Origin: Candidatus Cloacimonadales bacterium
Lineage (GTDB): Bacteria; Cloacimonadota; Cloacimonadia; Cloacimonadales; JAFGVF01
Assembly: GCA_963678315.1 (NCBI GenBank)
Contig: OY782781.1
Coordinates: 896,001-960,000 of the forward strand
Direction: 5' to 3'
DNA length: 64,000 nt
Every line of letters begins with the position of its first letter. Positions within the stretch are counted from its first letter, which is position 1. Position numbers and translations under genes: made by a program. Below, in pieces: positions 9,859 through 25,215 of the stretch. A model generated the notes under the pieces. That model was given only the letters and a program-made list of their open reading frames with translations. It ran no database searches and was not told where the DNA came from.

Positions 9859-9881
9859 GGGAGCATTTAGCTCCCTTTTTT
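9859..9881 (+). terminator. Intrinsic terminator after rplS
   Basis: GGGAGC/GCTCCC stem plus T6. Confidence 0.8.
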
Positions 9882-9896
9882 ATTTTAGGATAAATT

Positions 9897-10274
9897 ATGA
9901 TTTATGGAATAGGAAACGATATAATCGAAGTTGAAAGAATAAAGAAAGCTCTCAGTAAAGATAATGGATTTAAAGAGAAAGTTTTCTCAAAAGCAGAAAT
10001 AGACTGCTGTGAAACTAAATCTAACAAATACCAGTCTTATGCTGCTAGATTTGCGGGTAAAGAAGCATTCATGAAAGCTTTTAAAACTGGCTGGGGTCAA
10101 GGTGTCTCATGGAATGAAATTGAGATTACATCACTTGAATCAGGACAACCAATTCTTAGACTTAGTGGTAATACTAAAGAGATTGTGACTTCTTATAAAA
10201 TTACAAAATTCCACATAACACTTAGCCATCTAAAAGATATTGCTATGGCAACAGTTGTTCTGGAATGTGAATAA
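9897..10274 (+). CDS. acpS: Holo-[acyl-carrier-protein] synthase
   Basis: GIGNDIIEVERI, AARFAGKEAFMKA, TLSH. Confidence 0.95.
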   Translation: MIYGIGNDIIEVERIKKALSKDNGFKEKVFSKAEIDCCETKSNKYQSYAARFAGKEAFMKAFKTGWGQGVSWNEIEITSLESGQPILRLSGNTKEIVTSYKITKFHITLSHLKDIAMATVVLECE

Positions 10275-10341
10275 AGACTAAAATCAGTGAGAGAGTAACT
10301 TTAATAATACATAGAGGTAGTGCTATCTACTTGCTAAAAGG

Positions 10342-11958
10342 TTACTTAATTAATGTTATTTTACGTGTTTCTATTACTAGACCATGAACTAGTAATTTAG
10401 CTATATAGATAGCAGAAGCTTGATTTTGACATCTCCATGTTGTTATATTATTATCGACATTAATTGTTTTTATTTCTTGTCCTCTTAGATTGTAAATTTT
10501 AATTTGGGCATTCTTATCTAAGCCTTTTACTTGAAATGTTACTTCAGGATTGAAGGGATTAGGAAAAGCATTGAAGACAATATTAACAGTTTCAACATCC
10601 TCACTAGCTACATCTGTGTTAATTTCTGGGTCTTGTTCAACTAAATTATCAGAAGAGGTAAACATCCTAATTTTATCGAAATTATTGTAATATTCATTAG
10701 GGTCATGAGAGCCTATAAGGATATCAATATATCCATCATTGTTTATATCCCCACTAGCTATTTCCCAAGCAAAATAGTCATCAAAATGTTCATTGATGTC
10801 GATAGTCCCATTTATACCACCAAGGTATCCTTTATACCAGCCGTGAATATAATTTCTATGTAAAGCTATTACATCAGAGTAACCATCTTGATTTATATCA
10901 GCGTGAATAAAATCAAACAGAATATCATAATATTCAATATGCGAATATTGTTCAAAATCAATATTTATTCCTCCAAGCCATAATCTAAGCCCAGATGTAC
11001 CTGTTGGATTTACTTCATACCCTGATAATAAAAAATCATCATATCCGTCTCCGTCAAAATCTCCACAAGAGTACAATAGAGCTCTACTAGCATGTATCCA
11101 TGTATTAAAATTATAGCTAGGTTGAGTTGAAATTTGGTTAGCTCCATGGAATATTTCATGATGAAAAAGCCATCTTGTATAACCCTCTGAATCTATCATG
11201 CTATCTCTATTAGTAGTTGTAATTGCAAAATCATCATAGCCATCTCCGTTAATATCTCCAAGTCCAGTAATATCATTTGATTCACGGCTATATTCTCCAC
11301 CTTCAAACTGAATAATGTTAAAATCTCCCCCCAGTAATATTTTGAAAGCGATTGGATTTACTTCACTGCCCCAACCAGTATAGAAGGACATATCATCTAT
11401 TCCATCTCCATTGATATCACCCATACCTTTGAAAGAATTTATTAAGTTGTATTCTGTGTAAATATAATCTGGTTCAAAGTTCCACTCTTCATTACCATAG
11501 ATGATGTTTATTTCGTAGCCCCAAACCCAGTTAACCAAATCTATCTCAAAATAACTAGTATATCCTAAATCATGTATACCATCTCCATTTACATCTCCTA
11601 GATCTTCAAAATCTATAAATCCGTTATAGGCATGACGCTCAAGGCTGTCAGGTAGTAATTGTTCATGGCTAAACTCTTGATAGTAGCTATAGCTATCAGA
11701 TAAGCCTGATTCACTTCCTTCAAAACAAAACATAGAACCTCTTATGATAAGAGAATCATTGTCAATTACTTTATATCCTTCATCTCCAACAATTAAATCA
11801 TCGTATCCATCACCGTTAAAGTCTAAGACAGTGAAATTACTACCAAAATCTGTGTTTGCATCTTCAGTTTGGTATTGCCAAACTTGTTCAAGTGTTTGGT
11901 CAGCTTGAATATAAAGATAAAGCTGAATTAAGACAATAAATAGTAGAATTCTTTTCAT
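10342..11958 (-). CDS. Secreted FG-GAP/integrin-like beta-propeller protein with T9SS/FlgD-like C-terminal domain
   Basis: Signal peptide; repeated DxNGDGxDD motifs; C-terminal FPNPFNP..IYNLRGQEIK..RKITLIK. Confidence 0.82.
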   Translation of the reverse strand: MKRILLFIVLIQLYLYIQADQTLEQVWQYQTEDANTDFGSNFTVLDFNGDGYDDLIVGDEGYKVIDNDSLIIRGSMFCFEGSESGLSDSYSYYQEFSHEQLLPDSLERHAYNGFIDFEDLGDVNGDGIHDLGYTSYFEIDLVNWVWGYEINIIYGNEEWNFEPDYIYTEYNLINSFKGMGDINGDGIDDMSFYTGWGSEVNPIAFKILLGGDFNIIQFEGGEYSRESNDITGLGDINGDGYDDFAITTTNRDSMIDSEGYTRWLFHHEIFHGANQISTQPSYNFNTWIHASRALLYSCGDFDGDGYDDFLLSGYEVNPTGTSGLRLWLGGINIDFEQYSHIEYYDILFDFIHADINQDGYSDVIALHRNYIHGWYKGYLGGINGTIDINEHFDDYFAWEIASGDINNDGYIDILIGSHDPNEYYNNFDKIRMFTSSDNLVEQDPEINTDVASEDVETVNIVFNAFPNPFNPEVTFQVKGLDKNAQIKIYNLRGQEIKTINVDNNITTWRCQNQASAIYIAKLLVHGLVIETRKITLIK

Positions 11959-12337
11959 CTTGTTACCTCAATGTATAGTTTTTTTAAGTCATGGATTATC
12001 AGACAGTGATGTTTACAACTTCATTAAGTCCAATATAATACCTATCAAAAACAAATGTCAATAGAAAAGACAAAGAAAGTTAAAATTTCAAAGAAAATTA
12101 TGAAAGTGTGTCTATTATATTAATAGAGGGCTAGATATTTACCAAGGAATTTGGTGTAATGTGGTATATATTTTAAAGAAAATCAGATATATGTTAATAT
12201 TAAATTAGTTTCTTGTTAACTTACTTAATACATACAAATTAGATATAACTTGACTATATTATAAGTATTTTATTAGTGTCTAAAATGGTATTTTCTTTTT
12301 TAAAAATTGATAAAAAAAGTAAATGAGGTATAGATCG

Positions 12338-12973
12338 ATGTTGAATATTGTATTATTCGGTATCCAGGGAAGCGGAAAAGGTACACAAGCTGGACTGCTC
12401 TCTAAAGCACTTAAATTGGAGCACATAAACTTGGGTGAACTCTTTAGGAAAGAGATTAAATCTAAGTCGGAGATTGGTCTGATTGCCAAGAGTTTCATTG
12501 ATAAAGGAAACTTTGTTCCAGATGAACATGTATATCAGATGATTGACGGAGCAGTTCCAAAAGGTGCTAAAGGAATCATTTTTGATGGATTCCCTCGTAA
12601 TAATGCTCAGGCTGATTATTTAGTTGAACACTATCATGTAGATTTTGTTGTTTATCTTGATTTAGCTGATAGGATTGCTAAAGAAAGATTAATGGCTAGA
12701 GCTGTGTGCAGAGAATGTCACACAGGCTATAATCTTCTTTCATCACCGCCACGCGTTGGGAACAAGTGTGATAAATGTGGTGGAATAGTCGGTCCAAGAA
12801 GTGACGATACTCCAGAAGCAATTGATAGAAGAATAGAAAAGTTTCATAACAAAACCAAAACTCTAATTGATTACTTTGAGGAAAAGGGTTTACTTCATAA
12901 AATTGATGCACAGAATCCTGTTGAAGAAGTTAATCAAAAAATCTTAGATATAATCAAGAGAAATGGAAAATAA
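12338..12973 (+). CDS. adk: Adenylate kinase (zinc-lid type)
   Basis: GIQGSGKGTQA, DGFPRN, CREC..CDKC lid, RSDD; start set at ATG 12338 after GAGG. Confidence 0.92.
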   Translation: MLNIVLFGIQGSGKGTQAGLLSKALKLEHINLGELFRKEIKSKSEIGLIAKSFIDKGNFVPDEHVYQMIDGAVPKGAKGIIFDGFPRNNAQADYLVEHYHVDFVVYLDLADRIAKERLMARAVCRECHTGYNLLSSPPRVGNKCDKCGGIVGPRSDDTPEAIDRRIEKFHNKTKTLIDYFEEKGLLHKIDAQNPVEEVNQKILDIIKRNGK

Positions 12974-14657
12974 ATTTATTAGTAAATTAAGCAAAATTTT
13001 GAATAGTACCATCGATGTTTTAGCAATTATAAACTTCGTGGTACTATTCATCGTACCCTACTTTCTAGATTCTAGTTTAGGAAGGGAGATATTAGTTGTT
13101 TATTCAGCTTTTAATATTGGAATTTACTCATTAGCTTTTATTTTCAATAGAATTAGAGAAGGGATAAAGAAGCTAAGGATTCACCATTTATTCCCAGTTC
13201 TAGTAATAGGACTAGCCATCTATGCTCTGAGACTAAAACCTGAGTATTTCTTAATATATGTTGTGATTAAAGAAATAGTTATCTTTCTAAGAAGAATAAT
13301 TCTATATGCCTTCGAAGGGAAACTATGGCATACGATTACTAATAATCCTGCTATTTCCTTGATGATGAGCTTCTTGTTGGTAATAATGATTGGGACATTC
13401 TTATTAATGTTACCATTTTCTACTACATCTAACAAGACAATGCCACTTGTTGACGCTTTCTTTACTTCAACCTCTGCTACCTGTGTGACAGGCTTGATAG
13501 TTGAAGATACTGGTTCTTATTTTACTACATTTGGACAAATAGTAATACTTATTCTAATCCAAATTGGTGGACTGGGTTTAATGACTATCTCTACTGCCTT
13601 TGCACTTTTATTTGGTCAAAAGCTTACAGTGAAGGTTGAAAGTGTGATGCAGAACGTTATGGGTGAGGTTAGCAAACTTAATCTATTTGCCTTATTGAGA
13701 TACATTGTAGGGATTACCTTCTTCTTTGAATCAATAGGAGCAGCGATTCTTTACATGACTTTTAGGAATGAGTTTTCTTCTACTTTGAAAGCTGTATATT
13801 ATTCTGTGTTTCACTCGGTTTCTGCTTTCTGTAATGCGGGATTTGCACTTTATCCAAAGAGCTTTGAAACATTTGTATCTAACTGGAATATCAATATTGT
13901 TATTTCAATGCTGATAATTCTAGGGGGTTTAGGTTTTGTTGTTTATATCGATCTTAGAAAGAGTATTTTCAAGAAAGGTGGATATAAAAAACTAAGTCTA
14001 CATTCTAAGATAGTTCTAACTACTACGGGAGCTCTTATCTTGTTTGGATTAATAGGATTCTATATCTCAGAGTATAATAATACAATGCAGGATATGCCTT
14101 TCGGTAAAAGAATATTAGCTTCCTTCTTCCAGTCTGTTACTTGTAGAACAGCTGGCTTTAATACTATAGATCAAGGAGGGTTGTCATATAGTTCAATTCT
14201 ACTGTCTTTGGTATTGATGTTTATTGGAGCTTCTCCGGGTTCTACTGGTGGTGGTATTAAAACTACTTCATTTGCTATAATGTTTTTAGCAATTGTATCA
14301 ATTTTAACTGGAAAGAATAATGTTTCTGCTTATAAAAGAAAAATATCTATGCAATACATCAAAGAAGCTATAAGTCTGATTGGAATCTCATTAGCCTTCT
14401 TATTCTTATTGCTTACAGCTTTATTTATAGTTACTCCTGGAACTTTCCAAGAGATTACTTTCGAAGCTTTCTCAGCTTTTGGAACAGTAGGCTTATCAAT
14501 GGGACTGACTTCTAGTTTGAACTTAGCAGGGAAAATAATTATAATTTTATTAATGTATTTAGGTCGTATAGGACCATTAACCATTCTCTATGCATTAGCT
14601 TCTAGAGTTAAGAAGAAGAGAATAGAATATTTAGAAGAGAAAATCTCAATAGGATAA
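12963..14657 (+). CDS. Trk/Ktr potassium uptake membrane subunit (KtrB/TrkH) with N-terminal TM extension
   Basis: Four pore motifs: SATCVTGL, SAFCNAGF, CRTAGFN, SAFGTVGLS; STGGGIK. Confidence 0.92.
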   Translation: MENKFISKLSKILNSTIDVLAIINFVVLFIVPYFLDSSLGREILVVYSAFNIGIYSLAFIFNRIREGIKKLRIHHLFPVLVIGLAIYALRLKPEYFLIYVVIKEIVIFLRRIILYAFEGKLWHTITNNPAISLMMSFLLVIMIGTFLLMLPFSTTSNKTMPLVDAFFTSTSATCVTGLIVEDTGSYFTTFGQIVILILIQIGGLGLMTISTAFALLFGQKLTVKVESVMQNVMGEVSKLNLFALLRYIVGITFFFESIGAAILYMTFRNEFSSTLKAVYYSVFHSVSAFCNAGFALYPKSFETFVSNWNINIVISMLIILGGLGFVVYIDLRKSIFKKGGYKKLSLHSKIVLTTTGALILFGLIGFYISEYNNTMQDMPFGKRILASFFQSVTCRTAGFNTIDQGGLSYSSILLSLVLMFIGASPGSTGGGIKTTSFAIMFLAIVSILTGKNNVSAYKRKISMQYIKEAISLIGISLAFLFLLLTALFIVTPGTFQEITFEAFSAFGTVGLSMGLTSSLNLAGKIIIILLMYLGRIGPLTILYALASRVKKKRIEYLEEKISIG

Positions 14658-14661
14658 TATT

Positions 14662-15372
14662 ATGGCAAGATTTGTAATTATAGGAATGGGTAAATTTGGA
14701 ACTGCTGTTGCTACGACGCTTAACTCTCATGAAGCCGAAGTAATAGGTATAGATAAAGATGAATTAGTGCTTGATGAGGTTAAAGATAGAGTAACTTCAG
14801 CTCTCTGTTTTGATGCAACTGATGAAATAGCATTGAAACAGTCAGGTATTGATGATTCTAATGCTGTTATTGTGGCAATTGGTAACAATATTCAAGCAAA
14901 TATAATGACTTGTGCATTACTAAAGAAGATTGGGGTTGGTAAAATATACGCTAAAGTAGAAGATGATTTACATCGTAGAATTCTTACTTCTTTAGGTATA
15001 GAAGAGATCTACTTCCCAGAAGAAATGGTAGGCCAATCATTAGCGAAACAGTTGATTATGGAAGAAATTAATCAGATTGTAGAGCTTTCAAAAGACCATT
15101 TACTTCTTGAACTAACAGCACCTCAACAGTTTGTAGGAAGAACACTTCAAGAGATGGATTTATATCAAAAATATGGACTAAATGTAGTTACTATAAAATC
15201 AAGAGTATTGAAGATTTCAGAATCAGGAGAGAAACTTATTCATGAAGATATTAATTCACTACCAGGTGCAAATGATGTCTTTAATGAAGGTGACAGAATT
15301 GTTTTATTAGGTTCAAAAGCAAATATTGATAATATGATTAACAAGTTCTCCAAAGGAAGTAAAAATGAATAA
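14662..15372 (+). CDS. Trk/Ktr RCK regulatory subunit (KtrA/TrkA)
   Basis: GMGKFG Rossmann motif, RCK-N and RCK-C domains; follows ktrB. Confidence 0.92.
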   Translation: MARFVIIGMGKFGTAVATTLNSHEAEVIGIDKDELVLDEVKDRVTSALCFDATDEIALKQSGIDDSNAVIVAIGNNIQANIMTCALLKKIGVGKIYAKVEDDLHRRILTSLGIEEIYFPEEMVGQSLAKQLIMEEINQIVELSKDHLLLELTAPQQFVGRTLQEMDLYQKYGLNVVTIKSRVLKISESGEKLIHEDINSLPGANDVFNEGDRIVLLGSKANIDNMINKFSKGSKNE

Positions 15373-16138
15373 GAAGTCATTTTACAGGAATATTAACATA
15401 GCTTTAGGAACTATTCTTATTCTTCATGTAATTGAAACTATGGTAATGTATTGGTTGTTTTCAGAAAACAAGCCTCTTGAAGAGATTATTATTAACTCAA
15501 AGAATACCTTGCTCAGTTTCTTGATTGTTATTGTAGTTGTTTACATAGCAATAATTATATACCAAACTGTTAAACTTAATAAGAGTGTTAAAATATTCTC
15601 CCACATTTTCGAAGAGTATCGAGTAGGTAATTATTCTTACAATGTTTTGGAGCAAAAAGATAGACTTGAAAAAGAGTTTCATCCGTTGATTACTAAGCTG
15701 GATAAAGTCTTCTCTAATGTTCAGAAGTTTGATAAGCTAAAAGAAACAAAGATCTTTACTCATCATAGTAGAATCAAAGCAATTCTGAATTTAATCAATG
15801 AGGGTGGGATGATTATTGATAACTCTGGGGATATTATTTATATTAACGATATTATGAAGAGTAACTTCTCTTTTCTAGAAGAAGAAATTAATGTTCTAGA
15901 GAATGTATATGACAAGCATTTTGAAGAGAGTATGAAAAGATATATTAGAGACGTACTATCAGAGCAAATGCGTAAGGATTCATATAGATTCTTCTACAAA
16001 GATTCAGATGAAGAAATTACAATAAAGAGTCACATGTACAAAAACTCAAAGGGTGAGATTGGTGGTGCTGTTTTTGTAGTTTCTGGTCTTACAAACTTAC
16101 CTAGCAAGAAAAAATCACTTATCAAGAAGATTTCTTAG
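15365..16138 (+). CDS. Membrane protein with 2 TM, HAMP-like linker and PAS domain, no kinase domain
   Basis: Two hydrophobic segments; AILNLINEGGMIIDNSGDIIYIN and GEIGGAVFVV are PAS hallmarks. Confidence 0.65.
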   Translation: MNKKSFYRNINIALGTILILHVIETMVMYWLFSENKPLEEIIINSKNTLLSFLIVIVVVYIAIIIYQTVKLNKSVKIFSHIFEEYRVGNYSYNVLEQKDRLEKEFHPLITKLDKVFSNVQKFDKLKETKIFTHHSRIKAILNLINEGGMIIDNSGDIIYINDIMKSNFSFLEEEINVLENVYDKHFEESMKRYIRDVLSEQMRKDSYRFFYKDSDEEITIKSHMYKNSKGEIGGAVFVVSGLTNLPSKKKSLIKKIS

Positions 16139-16146
16139 GAGAAAAC

Positions 16147-17136
16147 TTGCCTTATAAAGAAACAATTTTAACCTACAATGAAAGTAAAGAAGTGCGTATA
16201 GATAAATTCTTAGCTGATGCTAATATTGAAGGTATTTATTCACGCTCTCAGATTGAAAAATTAATAGCTAATGCAAAAGTTACTGTTAATGACAAGATTA
16301 TTAAGAAAAACTATAAACTAGAATTAAACGATCGAGTGAGAATAGAAGTTGAAGAAGCACAATCTTCAGAGCTAGAAGCTGAGAATATACCATTGGACAT
16401 TGTGTATGAAGATGACTACCTTGCTGTTATTAATAAGCCAGTAGGGCTAGTTGTTCATCCAGGGAATGGGAACCATAACGGTACATTAGCTAATGCTCTG
16501 GCATATCACTTCGGAGATAAATTGTCTTCTACTGGTGGAAGTCAAAGACCTGGAATTGTGCACCGTCTGGATAAAGGAACTTCTGGACTAATACTCATTG
16601 CTAAAGACAATGAAACTCACGCTAAACTCTCTGAAATGTTTAAGAATAGAGAGATTGATAAGATTTATCGAACTATAGCAGTTGGTAAGTTGAAGCAAGC
16701 TTCTGGAGTAATTGATACTCTCTACGCTAGAAGCAAGAAAAACCCTATCAAATACACAGTCGCTCAGGAAGGCAAGAGAGCTGTAACTCATTATGATACT
16801 CTTAAGGAATTTCACTACTTCTCCTATTTGGAAATCAAATTAGAGACCGGTAGAACTCATCAAATTAGGGTTCATCTTGCTCATTATAATTGCCCGGTTA
16901 TGGGGGATAGACTTTATAGTTCACTTGATGAAGTTGCTAGTAGAATTCCATTTAATTATAAAAAGAAACTACGACACTTGTATGATAAAATATTATCTAC
17001 ACAAGCTTTACATGCTTATAAATTAGAATTTATTCATCCAATGACTAATAAGCCAGTTTCAGTTACTTCTGAAATGCCAATCTACTTTAAAGATACTCTT
17101 AACTGGCTAGAAAAGAACTTCTCAATGGATGAATAA
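16147..17136 (+). CDS. rluD: RluA-family pseudouridine synthase (RluD-like)
   Basis: S4-like RIDKFL, NKPVGLVVHPG, GIVHRLDKGTSG, TGRTHQIRVH; TTG start. Confidence 0.9.
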   Translation: MPYKETILTYNESKEVRIDKFLADANIEGIYSRSQIEKLIANAKVTVNDKIIKKNYKLELNDRVRIEVEEAQSSELEAENIPLDIVYEDDYLAVINKPVGLVVHPGNGNHNGTLANALAYHFGDKLSSTGGSQRPGIVHRLDKGTSGLILIAKDNETHAKLSEMFKNREIDKIYRTIAVGKLKQASGVIDTLYARSKKNPIKYTVAQEGKRAVTHYDTLKEFHYFSYLEIKLETGRTHQIRVHLAHYNCPVMGDRLYSSLDEVASRIPFNYKKKLRHLYDKILSTQALHAYKLEFIHPMTNKPVSVTSEMPIYFKDTLNWLEKNFSMDE

Positions 17137-17146
17137 GGAGGATAAA

Positions 17147-18355
17147 ATGTCATTTGATTTCGCTAGAATCGATCATGCTATCGAGGATATAAAAAACGGA
17201 AAGATGATAATCGTTGTTGATGACGAGGATCGTGAAAATGAAGGTGATTTAATTTGCGCTGCTGAAAAAGTTACTCCTGAAATGATTAACTTTATGATTT
17301 CAGAAGCTAAAGGTCTTGTTTGTACTCCAATGACAGACAAGCGTCTTCGTCAATTAGATATACCTTTGATGACAGAAAATAACACTGAAAGACAAGGAAC
17401 AAAATTCACTGTTTCTGTTGATGGAGCTCATAATACAACTACAGGTATATCTGCTCAAGATAGAGCAAACACAATTCTTAGCTTGTGTGATGAAAACTCT
17501 AAAGCTGATGATTTTGTTAGACCTGGACATATTTTCCCACTAAGAGCTGAACTTGGGGGAGTACTTCATAGAGCTGGACATACTGAAGCTGCTGTAGACT
17601 TAGCTAGAATGGCTGGCCTTAAACCAATGGGTGTTATCTGTGAAATTATTAATCCAGATGGAACCATGTCGAGACTCAAAGACTTGATTCCTTATGCTGA
17701 AAAACATGGACTAAAGATTATTACTATAGCTGACCTAATTCGTTATAGAAAGGCAAACGATGAATTAGTTGAGCTTATTTCTAAAGCCAAGCTTCCTACT
17801 CATTATGGGGAATGGGATATTTATATCTACCAAAGTAAGATTTCCGATGAGGAACATTTAGCCCTAGTAAAGGGAGATATTGGCGATGGCAAAGACCTTC
17901 TTGTAAGAGTTCATTCTGAATGTTTAACTGGGGATGCTCTTTTCTCTGCAAGATGTGACTGTGGTCAACAGCTAGAGTATGCTTATAAAACTATAGCTGA
18001 AGAAGGTAGAGGAGTCATTCTCTATATGAAACAGGAAGGACGTGGAATCGGTATTGCAAATAAGATTAAGGCTTATCATCTTCAAGATCATGGAAGAGAT
18101 ACTGTTGAAGCAAACATTGAACTAGGATTCCCTGATGATATGAGAGACTATGGTCTCGGAGCTCAAATGCTTGTTCATCTTGGTGTAAAAGAGATGAGGC
18201 TACTAACTAACAACCCAAAGAAGATGGTTGGACTTAGTGGTTATGGCTTAGAGATTAAAGAACGAGTTCCTATTGAAATTGAACCCCTTGAAGAAAACCA
18301 TTTCTATCTGAAAACTAAGAAAGATAAAATGGAACATATTTTAGAGAAAGTTTAG
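17147..18355 (+). CDS. ribBA: Bifunctional DHBP synthase / GTP cyclohydrolase II
   Basis: [40 protein letters not shown]; start after AAGGAGG. Confidence 0.97.
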   Translation: MSFDFARIDHAIEDIKNGKMIIVVDDEDRENEGDLICAAEKVTPEMINFMISEAKGLVCTPMTDKRLRQLDIPLMTENNTERQGTKFTVSVDGAHNTTTGISAQDRANTILSLCDENSKADDFVRPGHIFPLRAELGGVLHRAGHTEAAVDLARMAGLKPMGVICEIINPDGTMSRLKDLIPYAEKHGLKIITIADLIRYRKANDELVELISKAKLPTHYGEWDIYIYQSKISDEEHLALVKGDIGDGKDLLVRVHSECLTGDALFSARCDCGQQLEYAYKTIAEEGRGVILYMKQEGRGIGIANKIKAYHLQDHGRDTVEANIELGFPDDMRDYGLGAQMLVHLGVKEMRLLTNNPKKMVGLSGYGLEIKERVPIEIEPLEENHFYLKTKKDKMEHILEKV

Positions 18356-18424
18356 ATTAATTATTATAGTGCTAGTTCATGTTTTATGCGTGAACTAGCA
18401 AATTTTTATATATGGAGTAAAGAA

Positions 18425-19465
18425 ATGAAGAAAGTTCTTTTGTTGTTGTCTTTTATTGCTTGTTGTATGACTGCTAACGCTATTGATTGGGGCTATTATG
18501 CTTCCCTCAGAATGAATAGTTTCTATTTAATCCAAGATGAAGATTTTATGACTAACCAAACCAGTGGATTTGATAATGATACCAGAGTCTCTTTTGATGG
18601 TGGGCTACAAGGAAATTCTAGAATTGGTTTAACAGTCAATGAGAAAGCTTATAGTGGTAAGTTCGAAGCAGGAATTTCAGACTATGGAGTAAGTCTTCGT
18701 CAATTATATGTTACTTATGTTAGAGATGAATATTCATTGTTAATTGGTAAAACATATACAGGCTTCTCTGAACTAACTAGTCAAGTTTATGGCTCAGATA
18801 ACGGACTAATAGGTTCAGGTCTTTTCTATACTGGCAGAGTAGCTCAAGTTAAAGTTAGCAGAGAAGTTGACGGCTATAATGCTTATGCAGCTTTTCTTCA
18901 ACCAAGACATGATGATGGCGATAGACACATCTTTATTCCACGTTTAAATGTAGGTATCAAATTCGATAGAGATAATATTAACTACCACTTTACTTCAGGT
19001 CTTTCTTATGAAAGCTTTGATAAGGATATTTCAGCAAATGAAGGTGATATTCTTAGTTATGTTTTATCAGCAACTGCTAAAACACAAGTTAATGATATAG
19101 GAGTTAAAGCTCAAGTTAACTTCGGACAAAATGTTAAAAACTACGGAATTAGCTGTTTTGGTGAAGAAATTTATCCTAAAACATCAAAAAATGATAATAG
19201 CTTTGAAGATGTTATGACTCTAGCTGGTTACCTAGAACTCTCTAAAAATAACTTCAATGTTGCTCTTGCTTATATGCAAAATGAGAGCGATGCCCTAAAA
19301 GATGCTGATGGAAAACTTACAATCTATGCTAACTTCAAGCATAATCTATGGGAAAACTTATTTATATCTCCTGAAGTTGGAATGATTGACCACATGGAAA
19401 ATGGTAATGGCGTAAAAGAAGGTACTGAGATTTATTTTGGAGCAAAACTTCAAGCAGATATTTAA
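18425..19465 (+). CDS. Putative outer-membrane porin
   Basis: Signal peptide, NSRIG, LRQLY and alternating beta-strand pattern; terminal YFGAKLQADI strand. Confidence 0.7.
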   Translation: MKKVLLLLSFIACCMTANAIDWGYYASLRMNSFYLIQDEDFMTNQTSGFDNDTRVSFDGGLQGNSRIGLTVNEKAYSGKFEAGISDYGVSLRQLYVTYVRDEYSLLIGKTYTGFSELTSQVYGSDNGLIGSGLFYTGRVAQVKVSREVDGYNAYAAFLQPRHDDGDRHIFIPRLNVGIKFDRDNINYHFTSGLSYESFDKDISANEGDILSYVLSATAKTQVNDIGVKAQVNFGQNVKNYGISCFGEEIYPKTSKNDNSFEDVMTLAGYLELSKNNFNVALAYMQNESDALKDADGKLTIYANFKHNLWENLFISPEVGMIDHMENGNGVKEGTEIYFGAKLQADI

Positions 19466-19496
19466 TATATTATAATATATAAAGAATACCTTTATA

Positions 19497-19539
19497 AAAA
19501 TGCAGTTTGCTAGTTATCTTAGCATGCTGCATTTTTTTT
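19497..19539 (+). terminator. Intrinsic terminator after porin gene
   Basis: ATGCAG..TGCTA/TAGCA..CTGCAT stem plus T8. Confidence 0.75.
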
Positions 19540-19554
19540 GTTTTTAAGAAATCA

Positions 19555-19805
19555 TCCCCCTTGGAATTTAGCCCCCAAAGGGAAGATATAATGAATAATA
19601 ACTGGGAACGCACAGCTGCTAGCTGGCCTTTCAAATAAAATAGAACACTGATAACGCAGATTAAACTGATATGATGTTTAGTTGTTTAGTTGTTTAGTTG
19701 TTGAGGAGTTTAGTTGTTGAGGTGTTTAATTGTTTAGATCTGAATTTGTGTAGCTAAGTTTTTTTTGTTGTGTCTTTGTGTTAAAAATGTAATTTGTATT
19801 CTTTA
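19555..19805. repeat. Intergenic repeat mosaic (cluster B), inverted copy of the 46550-46730 unit
   Basis: ATAATGAATAATAACTGGGAACGCACAGCTGCTAGCTGGCCTTTCAAATAAAATAGAACACTGATAACGCAGATTAAAC matches the reverse complement of the units ending at 46729 and 46418; contains GTTGTTTA-type microrepeats. Confidence 0.88.
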
Positions 19806-19996
19806 TCACAATAGAAATTTTTCTGAAACTTACAGGTTGAATTTATTAATATAATCTCGATTTTACAGCAATTTTTATTAATAATCAAAATAATACATAA
19901 AAATATTAAAGACTTTAACTACCTATTTAACAAAAGTATGATAAAGAAGAATGTCTGTATTGATAAAACAAAAAGATAAAAAGATTAAAATAAGTA

Positions 19997-20088
19997 TTGA
20001 CAAGAAAGCAGCTTCTTATAGTTTAACACAACCGATGCACGGGAGCTAAGGAAACGAAGCGACAGAGCAGAGGTAATGATCTTTGAAA
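19997..20088 (+). promoter_or_regulatory. rRNA operon sigma70-type promoter and boxA antitermination element
   Basis: TTGACA at 19997, TAGTTT at 20019, AT-rich UP region; TGATCTTTGAAA at 20077-20088. Confidence 0.7.
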
Positions 20089-20163
20089 GTTAAATTAAAA
20101 GTTTTTATAGAGTGAGAGAATGAATGTGAACTTGCGAGAGACAGAGAAAAACGATTTTTATTA

Positions 20164-21699
<1,536 letters not shown>

Positions 21700-21803
21700 T
21701 AAAGGAGAAATGTTTCTCGACGAGTTCACTTTCATTCTTTCATGAAATAAGATAGATTTTTAAAACAGTAAATAGAGTGTAATATAGAGTGTGTAAGATT
21801 TTT

Positions 21804-24782
<2,979 letters not shown>

Positions 24783-24910
24783 TATTAAATTTTATACACT
24801 CTATAGCTTTATTTTATTATGAATAAGGAGTGTAAGCATCTTGCTTACGCACATATTAATAATAGATAGAGTAAAAAACACTAATATAAATCATTTTTGG
24901 CAAGGGTCAA

Positions 24911-25028
<118 letters not shown>

Positions 25029-25215
25029 TTGACCCTTGTCTTTTTTTACGTTAGTAAATACAAGGGTAAAGAGCAATATAAAATTTATTACAATTAGGAA
25101 ATCAAAAATTACGGATGATATCTTGCAAGTTATGATTGGAAATATCAAAATTCTATTGACAATTAATTAATATCTGCTAAAATTCACAAAATCATAGTTG
25201 TACAAAGGAGTAAAC

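Noticed and set aside
16900..17146. FMN riboswitch before ribBA
   Set aside because: Only 10 nt separate rluD from ribBA; no room or motif
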